64,000 bases of DNA. Source: Heptranchias perlo (taxonomy: Eukaryota). The stretch is taken from positions 30,070,001 through 30,134,000 of the forward strand of contig NC_090343.1 of assembly GCF_035084215.1 (NCBI RefSeq), written 5' to 3'. Made by a program: the position numbers and the translations under genes. The notes under the pieces were generated by a model. It was given only the letters and a program-made list of their open reading frames with translations, was not told the DNA's origin and did no database searches. Numbering within the stretch: the stretch's first letter is position 1; every line of letters begins with the position of its first letter. Positions 1-13,500 of the stretch are shown piece by piece.

Positions 1-702
1 CTCTCTCACAGCACGATGTCACTGCCGTGGATGATCATTGTCTTCCTCCTCTGATGTCTTATTGAATACATCCATTGTGCCCCCCCACCGATCCTGAACT
101 TGTCAGTTTGAAAGGCTCCAAAGTTCTGCAAAGGCTGTATGAACACAAGAGCTTTCTGCCAAACATTTGTCAAAGGGAAATGAGACACCAGTTGTTATCA
201 CTGAGCCTTAATTCACATGGGGCAATCACAACTTTAAATAACCCCATGAACTGTGGCTCAATCTCGCCTTTGTCTCACTGGTGAGATTCACTAGCCCCGG
301 GAAACCCGTGCTGGAGGAGTTAAATTTGAAGGTTTGTTAAAATCAATTTAAAAAGATGTAATTAATGTCACATAATGATATTAAACCCGGAAGTGGGCAC
401 AAGGGAGCTGGGTTGCAGTCGCACTGCAAAAATCAATTATTTTAACTTCCCACCAGCCCCCAATTAAGGGTTAAAATTCCCCCCAATCTCTCTGAAGATG
501 TTGGATTTGGTGGTTGTTATTAACTTGTCATCCATACTGCATCAAATGAAAACTCATTGGAACTGAATATTGCTACTCTCAGCTCTGCCAGTCCTCTAGG
601 ACCAAAGAGATTAATCTGGAATCAACTTACACAAAAATGCTTTTCCATACTTAAAATCTACTACACTATCTAAAATCTAGTCTAAATGCATATGCTTACA
701 GC

Positions 703-3240
703 ATAAGAACATAAGAAGATAAAAAATAGAAGCAGGAGTAGGTCATATGGCCCCTCGAGCCTATTCCCCCATTCTACCTCAATTCCACTTTCCCGCCCTA
801 ACCCCATATCCCTTGATTTCCTTAGTGTCCAAATATCCATCGATCTCAGTCTTGAATATACTCAACAACTGAGCATTCCCATCCCTCTGGGGTAGAGAAT
901 TCCAAAGATTCACAACCCTCTGAGTGAAGAAATTTTTCCTCATCTCAGTCCTAAATGGCCAACCTCTTATCTTGAGACTACGACACCTAGTTCTAGACTC
1001 TCCAGCCCGGGGAAACAACCTCTCAGCATCTACGCTGTCAAGCCCTCTAAAAGAATTTTATACGTTTCAATGAGATCACCTCTCATTCTTCTAAACTGCA
1101 GAGAATATAGGCCCATTTTACTCAATCTCTCCTCATAGGACAACCCTCTTATCCCAGGAATCAATCAAGTGAACCTTCCTTGCACCCCCTCTAATGCAAG
1201 TATATCCTTCCTTAGGTAAGGAGATCAAAACTGTACACTGTACTCCAGGTGTGGTCTCACCAGAGCCCTATATAATTGCAGCAAAACCTCCCTACTCTTA
1301 TACTCCAACCCCCTTGCAATAAAGGCTAACATACCATTTGCCTTCCTAATTGCTTGCTGTACCTGCATGTTAACTTTCTGTGATTCATGTGCAAGGACAC
1401 CTAAATCCCTCTGACTACCAACATTTCTTAGTCTCTCACCTTTTAAAAAATATCCTGCTTTTCTATTCTTCCTACCAAAGTGGATAATTTTACATTTCCC
1501 CACATTATACTCTATCTGCTACCTTCTCACCCACTACACTAAACCTGTCCATATCCCTTTGCAGTCTCTTTGCGTCCTCCTCACAACTTATTTTCCCACC
1601 TAGCTTTGTATAGTCAGCAAACTTGGATACATTACATTCGGTCCCCTCATTTAAGTCGTTAAGGTATATTGTAAACAGCTGAGGCCCAAGCACTGATCCT
1701 TGCGGCACCCCACTAGTTACACCTGCCAACCCAAAAATGACCTGTTTGTTTCTACTCTCTATTTTCTGTCTGTTAACCAATCTTCAATCCATGATAATAT
1801 ATTACTCCCAATCCCATGAGCCCTAATCTTGTGCAATAACCTTTTGTGTGGCACCTTATCGAATGCCTCCTGAAAATCCAAATATACTACATCCATTGGT
1901 TCCCCCTTACCTACCCTGCTAGTTACACCCTCAAAAATTTTTAATAGATTTGTCAAACATTATTTCCTTTTCATAAAACAGTGTTGACTCTGCCTAATCA
2001 TATTATGATTTTCTAAGTGCCCTGTTACTACGTCCTTAATAGCATTTTCCCTACTTTTGACGTCAGGCTAACTGGCCGATAGTTGCCCATTTTCTCTATC
2101 CCTCCTTACTTGAATAGTGGGGTTACATTTGCTACCTTCCAATCCACGGGGATTGTTCTAGAATCTAGAGAATTCTGGAAAATCAAACCCAATGCATCCA
2201 CTATCTCTGCAGCCATCTCTTTTAAAACCCTATGATGTAAACCATCAGGTCCAGGGGATTTGTTGGCTTTTAGTCCCATTAATTTCTCCAGTACTTTTTC
2301 TTTACTAATCTTAATTACTTTAAGTTCTTCACTGTCATTAGAACTTTGGTTCCCCATTATTTCCAGTATGTTTTTTGTGTCTTCTACTGTGAAGACAGAT
2401 ACAAAATATTTGTTTAACATCTCTGTCATTTCCTTATTCCCCGTTATAATTTCTCCTGTCTCTGCCTCTAAGGGACCCACATTTACTTTTGCTAATCTCT
2501 TCCTTTTTATATACTTGTAGAAGCTCTTACAATCTGATTTTATATTTCTTGCTGATTTATTCTCATGTTCAATTTTCTCTCTCTATCAATTTCTTGGTCA
2601 TCCTTTGCTGATTTCTAAAACCCTCCTAATCCTCAGGCTTACTATTCTTTTTGGCAACACTGTAAGCCTCTCCTTTTAATCGAATACTATCCTTAACTTC
2701 TCTGGTTATCCACAGTTGGATCATTTTTCCTGTGGACTTTTTATTCCTCAAGGAATGTATATTTGTTGAGAATATTCTTATCTACCATCATATCTTTTAA
2801 TCTAATTTCCCAATCCCTCAGCCAACTTGTCCCTCACACCTACGTAATTGGCTTTGTTTAAATTTAAGAGTCTAGTTTCGGAATTAACTACATCACTCTC
2901 AAATTCAATATGAAATTCTATCATATTATGATCACTCCTCCCCAAAGGATCTTTAGCTATAAGATTACTAATTAACCCTAACTCATTACACAATACTAGA
3001 TCTAAAATAGCCTGTTCCCTATTTTGACCCTGGACGTATTGTTCTAAAAAACTGTCTCGAATGCATTCCATGAACTTGTCCTCCAAACTATTTTTGCCAA
3101 TTTGATTTGCCCAGTCGATATGAAGATTAAAGTCCTCCACGATTATTACCCTTGTTACATGCTCCTCTAATTTCTGATAAACTACTCTGACCAGTGTTTT
3201 CTGCCCCTTGTTATTTCTAGCTCCACCTATACTGATTCTA
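703..3240 (-). mobile_element. CR1 (HER1-type) LINE, decayed APE-RT ORF2 fragment with 3' tail
   Basis: Collinear minus-strand ORF pieces: DFNLHIDW/ILDLVL/SDHN (APE), [64 protein letters not shown]. (CATAAGAA)n-type tail at ~703-720. Confidence 0.93.
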
Positions 3241-3304
3241 CATCCTGATTTTCTGAGCTAAGATCCTTTCTCACCACTGCCCTTATCTCATCTTTTTTTA
3301 TCAG

Positions 3305-3412
3305 GGCTACCCCACCAAACCCTCCACCCTCCCTCCCCACGCCCCTTCCTCGCACTCCTGCATCCCTCCCTCCCCTCCCATCCCTCCCCTCCTTTCCCCT
3401 CCCATCCCCTCT
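3305..3412 (-). repeat. C/T-rich low-complexity tract (G-rich on minus strand, G-quadruplex potential)
   Basis: Many CCC runs separated by 1-4 nt. Confidence 0.5.
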
Positions 3413-4759
3413 GATATGTGTGGAGGCATCATGTAATAATGTCACTCTGGTATGCATTGGAATTTGCAATGAGCCACTTACATTGAGGATTATCAGTCCA
3501 ATAGTGAATGTCTAGAACAGCAGCCACAGAAGAATGGGATGCTACTTTCCCAAGACCTGCAGAGGGACCAACAGAGTGTTGAGTAGCAATGCTCCAAGCC
3601 ACCCTGGAGGAGGATATTAGTTTCATTGATTTGATTGATTAGTGGATTGATTAGAGAGTCAATCTACCCCCTAGCTGGGATCAGTCTATTTGTACAATAT
3701 TATACACCAAAAGATGATCATTTTCAGAAAAGAGTTTGATATGGTAGAGGATTTCAAAATGGTAGAGAAATGTTCAACATAATCTTTGAGAAAAGGGAAC
3801 TATTGGATTTTCCAAATAGACAGCTAGTAATTCAAATAGCCCAGTTTACAGTTGCGGGAATACTACAGAATAAATAGCCCATTAAGCTATGCATCTAGAT
3901 AAAGTAGGGTTCTGCACATAGCAAAAGGGCTTGTTATACTACAATGTCTGAAAACTGTGCGATGTTTTACTATTGACCTTCCTCCACTTTATAGGTGCGA
4001 CCTTTAGGAGAAGCAGAAAGTGGAGAGGATCGAATTCTCTCTTTCTTCACTCATTACAAATTAGTACTTGTATCAATATAGGGTTCAGTAGCGCATAGCC
4101 TTTCTAACAATAAGTACGTATCATTGCTAATATCGCCAAATGTTACAGTGCATGAAAGAGAATTGTTTATTCAACTCAAGCTGCCTTGCTTGATGCTATA
4201 CAAAGTGAAGACTGCTGAAAAGGCTTAATTATAAGTATTATTAAGTTTGGTTCCAGCATGACAAATTATCTAATTGATTGATAATCTATTTCTCCAAGTG
4301 GTTTAGCATTATCCAAAAGTGATAACAAGCAAAGAATCTGAGTCTTTGTTCAGAGTGGAGTTGGTGAGGACCTGTGTTACACCAAAATATTAGCTGGTCC
4401 TTGGGTATTGGATCAGCCACCTACCACCCTATTTTTGATGCCCTAATGCTGCTTTTTAATCTGTTACTTTGTCTGAAATGTCCTTATGTCGACTACAGTC
4501 ATGAAATATATTTAGGCCAACCTTTCCTTACTTTGATGATCGATACATGATTCCCTTTCCCGTTTAGTCCTTATTTTGTTGTGGCTTAAGTTACTCATGT
4601 ATTTTGTTGAGGGAGCTGTTGTTAAATTCAGTTTCAGTAACAACTACGGTGATTACATACTGAGAAGTTGAGTAATGTTGCTTCAGCAAAAGGGATGATT
4701 CACCAAGAGATATAATTCACAGTGTCTTGAATGAGATAACCACAAGTTAACTACAAAAA

Positions 4760-7712
4760 AACTAGTATCAGTAATGGTAGCCATGAAACTACCGGATTGT
4801 CGTAAAAACCAATCTGGTTCACTAATGTCCTTTAGGGAAGGAAACCTGCCGTCCTTACCTGGTCTGGCCTATATGTGACTCCAGACCCTTAGCAATGTGG
4901 TTGATTCTTAATTGCACTCTGAACTGGCCGAGCAAGCCATTCAGTTGTAAAATCTCGCTAAAAAAAGTCATCATAAGAATAAAACCGGACGGACCTCCCG
5001 GCATCGGACCACTGAGCATCGGACACGACAAAGGCAAAACAAGCCCAGTCAACCCTGCAAAGTCCTCCTCACGAACATCTGGGGACTTGTGCCAAAACTG
5101 GGAGAGCTGTCCCACAGACTAGTCAAACAACAGCCTGACACAGCCATACTCACAGAATCATACCATTCAGCCAACATCCCAGAATCTTCCATCACCATCC
5201 CTGGGTATGTCCTGTCCCACCGGTAGCAAGGGCACAGAATGTACTCTGGGTGGGGGACGTCAACGTCCATCACCAAGAGTGGCTCGGTAGCACTACTACT
5301 GACCGAGCTGGCCGAGTCCTGAAGGACATAGCTGCCAGACTGGGTCTGCGGCAGGTGGTGAGCGAACCAACATGAGGGAAAAGCCTACTTGACCTCGTCC
5401 TCACCAATCTACCTGTCGCAAATGCATCTGTCCATGACAGTATTGGTAGGAGTGACCCACTGCACAGTCCTCGTGGAGACGAAGTCCCATCTTCGCACTG
5501 AGGATACCATCCAACGTGTTGTGTGGCACTATCACCGTGCTAAATGGGATAGATTCAGAACAGATCTAGCAGCTCAAAATTGGACATCCATGAGGCACTA
5601 TGGGCCATCAGCAGCAGCAGAATTGTATTCCAGCACAATCTGTAACCTCATGGCCTGGCATATTCCTCACTCTACCATTACCAACAAGCCAGGGGATCAA
5701 CCCTGGTTCAATGAGGAGTGTAGAAGAGCATGCCAGGAGCAGCACCAGGCGTACCTAAAAGTGAGGTGCCAACCTGGTGAAGCTACAACTCCAGACTACA
5801 CGCATGTTAAACAGCGGAAGCAACATGCTATAGACAAAGCTAAGCGATTCCATAACCAACGGATCAGATCAAAGCTCTGCAGTCCTGCCACATCCAGTCG
5901 TGAATGGTGGTGGACAATTAAACAACTAACGGGAGGAGGAGGCTCTGTAAACATCCCCATCCTCAATGATGGCGGAGTCCAGCACGTGAGTGCAAACGAC
6001 AAGACTGAAGCATTTGCAACCATCTTCAGCCAGAAGTGCCGAGTGAACGATTCATCTCGGCCTCCTCCCGACATCCCCACCATCACAGAAGCCAGTCTTG
6101 AGCCAATTCGATTCACTCCACATCATATCAAGAAACGGCTGAGTGCACTGGATACAGCAAAGGCTATGGGCCCCGACAACATCCCGGCTGTAGTGCTGAA
6201 GACTTGTGCTCCAGAACTAGCCGCGCCTCGAGCCAAACTGTTCCAATACAGCTACAACACTGGCATCTACCCGACAATGTGGAAATTTGCCCATGTATGT
6301 CCTGTCCACAAAAAGCAGGACAAATCCAATCCGGCCAATTACCATCCCATCAGTCTACTCTCAATCATCAGTGTAAAGTGATGGAAGGTGTCGTCGATGG
6401 TGCTATCAAGCGGCACTTACTCATCAATAACCTGCTCACCGATGCTCAGTTTGGGTTCCGCCAGGACCACTCGGCTCCAGACCTCATTACAGCCTTGGTC
6501 CAAACATGGACTAAAGAGCTGAATTCCAGAGGTGAGGTGAGAGTGACTGCCCTTGACATCAAGACAACATTTGAGTGTGGCACCAAGGAGCCCTAGTAAA
6601 ATTGAAGTCAATGGGAATCAGGGGGAAAACTCTCCAGTGGCTGGAGTCATACCTAGCACAAAGGAAGATGGTAGTGGTTGTTGGAGGCAAAACATCTCAG
6701 CCCCAGGACATTGCTGCAGGAGTTCCTCAGGGCAGTGTCCTAGGCCCAACCATCTTCAGCTGCTTCATCAATGACCTTCCCTCCATCATAAGGTCAGAAA
6801 TGGGGATGTTCGCTGATGATTGCACAGTGTTCAGTTCCATTCGCAACCCTTCAGATAATGAAGCAGTTCCTACCCGCATGCAGCAAGACCTGGACAACAT
6901 CCAGGCTTGGGCTGATAAGTGGCAAGTAACATTCGCGCCGGACAAGTGCCAAGGAATAACCATCTCCAAGAAGAGAGAGTCTAAACACCTCTTCTTGACA
7001 TTTAACGACATTACCATCGCGAATTCCCCACAATCAACATCCTGGGGGTCACCATTGACCAGAAACTTAATTGGCCCAGCTGCATAAATACTGTGGCTGC
7101 AAGAGCAGGTCAGAGGCTGGGTATTCTGCGGCGAGTGACTCACCTCCTGACTCCCCAAAGCCTTTCCACCATCTACAAGGCACAAGTCAGGAGTGTGATG
7201 GAATACTCTCCACTTGCCTGGATGAGTGCAGCTCCAACAACACTCAAGAAGCTCGACACCATCCACGACAAAGCAGCCCGCTTGATGGCACCCCATCCAC
7301 CACCCTAAACATTCACTCCCTTCACCACCAGCGCACCGTGGCTGCAGTGTGTACCATCCACAGGATGCACTGCAGCAACTCACCAAGGCTTGTTCGACAG
7401 CACCTCCCAAACCCGCGACCTCTACCACCCAGAAGGACAAGGGCGGCAGGCACATGGGAACAACACCACCTGCACATTCCCCTCCAAGTCACACACCATC
7501 CCGACTTGGAAATATATCGCCGTTCCTTCATCGTCGCTGGTTCAAAATCCTGGAACTCCCTTCCTAACAGCACTGTGGGAGAACCTGCACCACACGGACT
7601 GCAGCGATTCAAGAAGGCGGCTCACCACCACCTTCTCAAGGGCAATTAGGGATGGGCAATAAATGCTGACCTCGCCAGCGATGCCCACATCCCATGAACG
7701 AGTAAAAAAAAA
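4760..7712 (+). mobile_element. CR1-group LINE of the tRNA-headed family, near full length. Head is 5'-truncated, APE has a ~200-bp internal deletion, and there are a few frameshifts.
   Basis: APE start LLTNIWGLVPKLGEL (~5065), [48 protein letters not shown]. Stop at 7647-7649, short 3' stem-loop (GGGATGGGCA...TGCCCACATCCC) and A tail at 7704-7712. Confidence 0.93.
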
Positions 7713-8029
7713 GTATTAGGACAATGCGTACTTAGCTACTGAGCAAGTATGAATAGGGTTCAATGGCCACATGATAGGGTTTTACCTTTTATCTTCATTA
7801 GATAAATGGATGGGATTAGTGGCAGGACAATTTGTACTTTTCATACGTGCTATTAATGTGGGTTGTGGTCTTTCAGTTTTATTTCAGCTTTGAAAGTTAG
7901 TTTTTGGCAAGAATCTAGATAGACTGATGTAATCCAAGTTGTTTCAAGAACAATAGTGCAGAAATCCCCAAAACACCTACCATGACATATAATTAACTGG
8001 TTCAATAGGGAAGATATGGAGAGAGCTTT

Positions 8030-8944
8030 TACACCTACTCTGATGACATCCAGCTCTACCTTTCCACTGCTTCTATGTTCTCAGACAGCTTATCTGACTT
8101 CCAGTCTTGGCTGTGATGCAATTTCCTTCAGTTAAATATTAACATAACTGAAGCCACTGCCGATGGCCCTCCACAAAACACGCTCCATACCCTTATGACC
8201 AATTTCATCCCCTTCCCCGACCACTGTGTCAGGCTGAACCAGACTGTTAACAACCTCAATGTCCTTTTCAAACCGAAACTGAGCTTCCCATCCCTTATCC
8301 TGTTCATCACAAAAACGAGCTACTTCCACCTCTGCCATGTCCCTTGCCTCAGCCCATCTGCTGCTGAAACCCTCTTTTATGCCTTTGTCATCCACAGACT
8401 CAACTAATCCAATGTTCTCATGTCTGGCCTCACATCATCCACTTTCTGTAAATTTCATCTCATCCAAAATTCTGCTGCCTTTATCCTATCCAAGTCCCAC
8501 ACACCATTCACCCAGTCTCCTCACTGATCTACATTGGTTCCAGTCCTACAATGCCTCAAATTTTTAATTTTCATCCTCCTGTTTAAATCCTTTCATGGCC
8601 TTGCTCCTCCCTATCTCTGTAACCATCTCCAGCACTACAACCTTCCCCAGAACTCTCTGTTCCTCCACCTCTGATCTCTAATACAACCCTCTTCCCTTTG
8701 CCTCACCATTGACGGCCATGCCTTTAGCGCCTGGGCCCATGTTCTGGAATTCCCTCCATCAGCCATTCTGCCTACACCTCCCTCTCCTTCTTTTAGGATC
8801 GACTTATTTGACCAAGCTTTTGGTTACCCTTCCTAATAGCTCCTTCTTTAGTTCAGTATCCATTTTTACTGATTAAACCTCTGTGAAGTGCCTTGCGACA
8901 TTTGTCTATGTTAAAGGTGCTCTATAAATGCAAGTTGTTGTTGT
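8030..8944 (+). mobile_element. L2 LINE 3' fragment
   Basis: Degenerate AAETL..AFV..RL.Y and LHW motifs. Ends AAAGGTGCTCTATAAATGCAAG(TTG)n, the same 3' end as the SINEs in this window. Confidence 0.8.
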
Positions 8945-9681
8945 GGTATAACTATTTGTTTTAAAATACCTTATTGTTTGCTAAAAGGTCTGCATAAGTC
9001 AACATAATTTTGATTTGAATGTTTTGTAAGGCATTCTTGGTGTGCAGAATATTCCTAATTCAGGTTAAATATGTCAAGGATTCTTTGAAAGAAGATATTT
9101 TGAAATTAATGGCAGAGGTTCTGAACCATATTTCTACACAGCAAAGCATAGACAGAGACAGATAAGTTGTACAATAATTGAAAAGATCACTGGGAAATAA
9201 TATTGATTTACATATTTCCTTTTGAAATTATTGATTTTGCTATCATTGTCCAATTTTGTACAATGTTACCACATAAATGTTATTCTAATAATGTCTGTTT
9301 AGTCATTAATGCCAGAGAAAATTAATTTTAATTTTATGGATATGGATTACATAAAGTTTTAATTTGTTTACTCTTTTTTTCATCATTCTTTTTCTCCCAA
9401 GTGAGGATAGATGTAAGATACAGTACATCATTGCTATTGCTTTAAGAATGTCCTGGGATTATTATAGGTAATTAACATGCTTTGTTTCAATATGTAACTG
9501 GAGAGATCAGATTTAAACTGGTGCAAGAAGCATTAATGATGGTGATCAAAGGTATGATCAAAGAGTTAAGCTTTAAGGAGGCTTTGAATGGAGGGAGAGA
9601 GGTAGCAAAGTGGAGGGATTTAGGGAGAAAGTTCTGGAATGTGGGATTGAGACAGCTGAAGGTATGCCACCAAAGATGAAG

Positions 9682-9892
9682 TGGAGATGCCGGTGATGGA
9701 CTGGGGTTGACAATTGTAAACAATTTTACAACACCAAGTTATAGTCCAGCAATTTTATTTTAAATTCACAAGCTTTCGGAGGCTACCTCCTTCCTCAGGT
9801 GAACGATGTGGAAGGAGGTAGCCTCCGAAAGCTTGTGAATTTAAAATAAAATTGCTGGACTATAACTTGGTGTTGTAAAATTGTTTACAATT
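9682..9892. mobile_element. Penelope-like element remnant (inverted pseudo-LTR) with 13-bp TSD
   Basis: Perfect 83-bp inverted repeat 9712-9794 / 9810-9892 with a 15-nt spacer. TSD ACCAAAGATGAAG at 9669-9681 and 9893-9905. Inserted in an old L2-like fragment. Confidence 0.85.
9765..9803 (-). ncRNA. Minimal type I hammerhead ribozyme motif
   Basis: Minus strand reads TTCAC-CTGAGGA-A-GGAGG tag CCTCC-GAAA-GC-TT-GTGAA: CUGANGA and GAAA cores, stem I TTCAC/GTGAA, stem II GGAGG/CCTCC, palindromic AGCU stem III. Confidence 0.75.
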
Positions 9893-10545
9893 ACCAAAGA
9901 TGAAGAAAGAGGGGGGAAGTGATGTGTCAAATGTGTTTCAAGAGGTGATATAGCTTCTTGGCTCAAATTTCAAACAATGCATTTTGTCACACTGAGGCGT
10001 TTGATGAACGAGGTGTATTAAACAATGTTACTACAATTGCAGCAGCAGGATAATGCTTATCCTAGCCAATGGCTTTCTCGTTTCTTTCAATGACGGTATT
10101 GCATGGACTTACTGAAATGCAAACTGTATAGCAATCCAAGAAGTAGTAACCAGAAAAAAAAGATGTGTTTGTAAGTCAGTGGTTTCATCAAGTGAATTTG
10201 ACTTACTGCTCCTTTAGGATTTTAACACCAGATTATTGAATCTGAGACGGATTTGTTTTGGACAGCACTGATCACTGCATTGTTTACACTGTGGGGATAA
10301 TAATGTGGGGAGTGAGACTTGCAGAAATACATCTCTGGGAATCGTGAATGCCGAGCCCATGGTGAAAATCATGACCTTTGCATTCCCCAAGGCACTCTCT
10401 CTGGGGGTGCCGGATTATGAAATCACCCTTTGTCCACTTTGAATTTAATTGCTTGTAAAATAAGTGCAATTGATTTGCTTAAATCACAAGTCTGTGATTC
10501 GTGCTTTATAAAGAATTGGCAATTGGTTAAGGAATTCAATGTATT

Positions 10546-13500
10546 ATAGAATGGTTACGGCATGGAAGGAGGCCATTCGGCCCATTAAGTCCATGCCAGC
10601 TCTCTGCAAGAGCAATCCAGCTAGTCCCAATCCCCCACCCATTCCCCTAGCCCTGCAAATTTTTTCCCTTCAAGTACTTATCCAATTCCCTTTTCAAAGC
10701 CACGATTGAATCTGCTTCCACCACCCCCTCAGGCAGTGCATTCCAGATCTTAACCACTCACTGTGTAAAAAAAGAAAATTCCTCATATCACCTTTGGTTC
10801 TTTTGCCAATCACCTTAAATCTATATCCTCTGGTCCTTGACCTTTCCACCTATGGGAACAGTTTCTCTCTATCTACTCTGATTTTGAATACCTCTATCAA
10901 ATCGCCTCGCAACCTTCTCTGCTCTAAGGAGAACAACCGCAACTCCTCCAGTCTATCCACAAAACTGAAGTCCTTCATCCCTGGAACCATTCTAGTAAAT
11001 CTCTTCTCCACTCTCTCTAAGACCTTCATATCCTTCCAAAAGTGCGGTACCCAGAACTGGACACAATACTCCAGTTGTGGCCGAACCAGTGTTTTATAAA
11101 GGTTCATCATAACTTCCTTGCTTCTATTTATAATGCCAAGGATCCTTTTTTAACCGCTTTCTCAACCTGCCCTGCCACCTTCAATGATTTGTGCACATAT
11201 ACCCACAGATCCCTCTGTTTCTGAAACCCGTTTAGAATTGTACCCTTTAGTTTATATTGCCTCTTCTCGTTCTTCCTAACAAAATGTATCACTTTGCACT
11301 TTTCTGCGTTAAATTTCATCTGCCACGTATCCGTCCATTCCACCAGCCAGTCTATGTCCTCTTGAAGTCTATCACTATCTCCTTACTGTTCACTACATTT
11401 CTAAGTTTTGTGTCATCTGCAAATTTTGAAATTATGCTCTGTAGACCCAAGTCCAAGTTATTAACATATATCAAAAAAAGCAGTGTTCCTAGTTCCGACC
11501 CCTGGGAAACACCACTGTACACCTCCCTCCAGTCCGAACAACAACTGTTCACCACTACTCTCTATTTCCTGTCACTTAGCCAATTTCATATCCATGCTGC
11601 CACTGCCCCTTTTATCCCATGGGCTTCAACTTTAATTACAAGCCTATTATGCGGCACTTTATCAAACACCTTTTGGAAGTCCATATATACCACATCAACC
11701 GCATTGCCCTCATCAATCCTCTCTGTTACCTCATCAAAAATCTCAATCAAGTTATTTAAACACAATTTGCTTTAAGAAATCCAAGTTGGCTTTCCTTAAT
11801 TAATCCACACTTGCCCAAGTGACTATTAATTTTGTCCCGGATTATCCTTTCTGAAAGTTTCCCCGCCACCGAGGTTAAACTGACTGGCCTGTAGTTGTTG
11901 GATTTATCCTGACATCCTTTTTAAACAAGGCTGTAACATTTGCAATTCTCCAGTCCTCTGGCACCACCCCCGTATCCCAGGATGATTGGAAGATTATGGC
12001 TAGTACCTCTGCAATTTCCACCCTTACTTCCCTCAGCAACCAACAATGCATCCCTTCTGGACCGGGTGACTTATCTACTTTAAGTACAGCTAGCCTTTCT
12101 ATTACTTCCTCTTTATCAATTTTTAGCCCATCCAGTATCTCAACTACCTCTTCTTATATTGTGACTTTGGCAGCATCTTCTTCCTTGGTAAAGACAGATG
12201 CAAAGTGTTCATTTAGTACCTCAGCCGTGCTCACTGCTTCCATGCATAGATCTCCTTTTTGGTCCCTAATTAGTCCCACCCCTCCTCTTACTACCTGTTT
12301 ACTATTTATATGCCTATTGAAGACTTTTGGATTCCCTTTTAAGTTAGCTCTATCATACTCTCTCTTTGCCCTTCTTATTTCCTTTTTCACTTCTCATCTG
12401 AACTTTCTATATTCAGCCTGGTTCTCGCTGGTAATATCAACCTGACATCCGTCATAGGCCCCTTTTTTCTGCTTCATCTTACTCTCTATCTCTTTCATCA
12501 TCCAGGGAGCTCTGGCTTTAGTTGCCCTACCTTTCCCCCTTGTGGGAATGTACCTGGACTGTACCTGAACCATCACTTTAAAGGCTGCCCATTGTTCAAT
12601 TACAGTTTTGCCTGCCAATCTTTGATTCCAATTTACCCAGGCCAAATCTATTCTCATCCCACTGAAACTGACCCTACTCCAATGGAGTATTTTTACACTG
12701 GATTGTTCCTTGTCCTTTTCCATAGCTAATCTAAACCTTATGATACTATGATCGCTGTTCCCTAAAAGTTCCCCCACTGACACTTGCTACACTTGGCCCG
12801 CCTCATTCCCCAGAACCAAATCCAGCAATGCCTCCTTCCTCATTAGGCCGTGTAGCACCCGTTGTTTTGGCGCTACACGGCCTCTCCGGCATCCAAGATG
12901 GTGTCTTGGATGCGCATGCACGTTTCCAGCGTGACATGTGCCAGACGCCATCTTGGTATAGGAGTTAGAGCAGGCGCAGATAACGAACGCTGGAATCGTG
13001 TAAAGTAGGGAGGAAATGGCTTCATTAAGTGTGCAACGCTGATTTAAAGTGATAGACATAATTTTGGGGGACTTAACGCTCAATTCAACGCAGTCTTAAC
13101 CCCAACCATCTGAACGTGTCTTACGTGCCTGGAAGACCCGCTACCAGTGCTATTTAAAGGGACCATGCAGGATTTACAGGTTAGTGGCTGGATTATTACT
13201 TCTGGCTGCAGAGACATTTGTAACTGTTTTTGGAGGTCTCCTACACTTAAATACTGGGACATGGGGACATGGCCTAACATTTAGAGCCAGGAAGCGCAGG
13301 AGTGAAGTTAGGAAATGCTGCTACACGCAAAGGATGGGAGATGTTTGGAACGCTCTTCTGCAGACAGCAGTTGAGGCTACCTCACTTGTGAATGTTAAAT
13401 CTGAGATTGATAGATTTCTGTGAACCAAGGGATATGGGGCTAAGGCAGGTATATGGAGTTAGGTCACAGGTCCACCATAATCTCATTGAACAGGGGAACA

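Noticed and set aside
6727-7455. 242-aa minus-strand ORF
   Set aside because: Antisense to LINE RT with no recognisable domain, and broken in sister copies.
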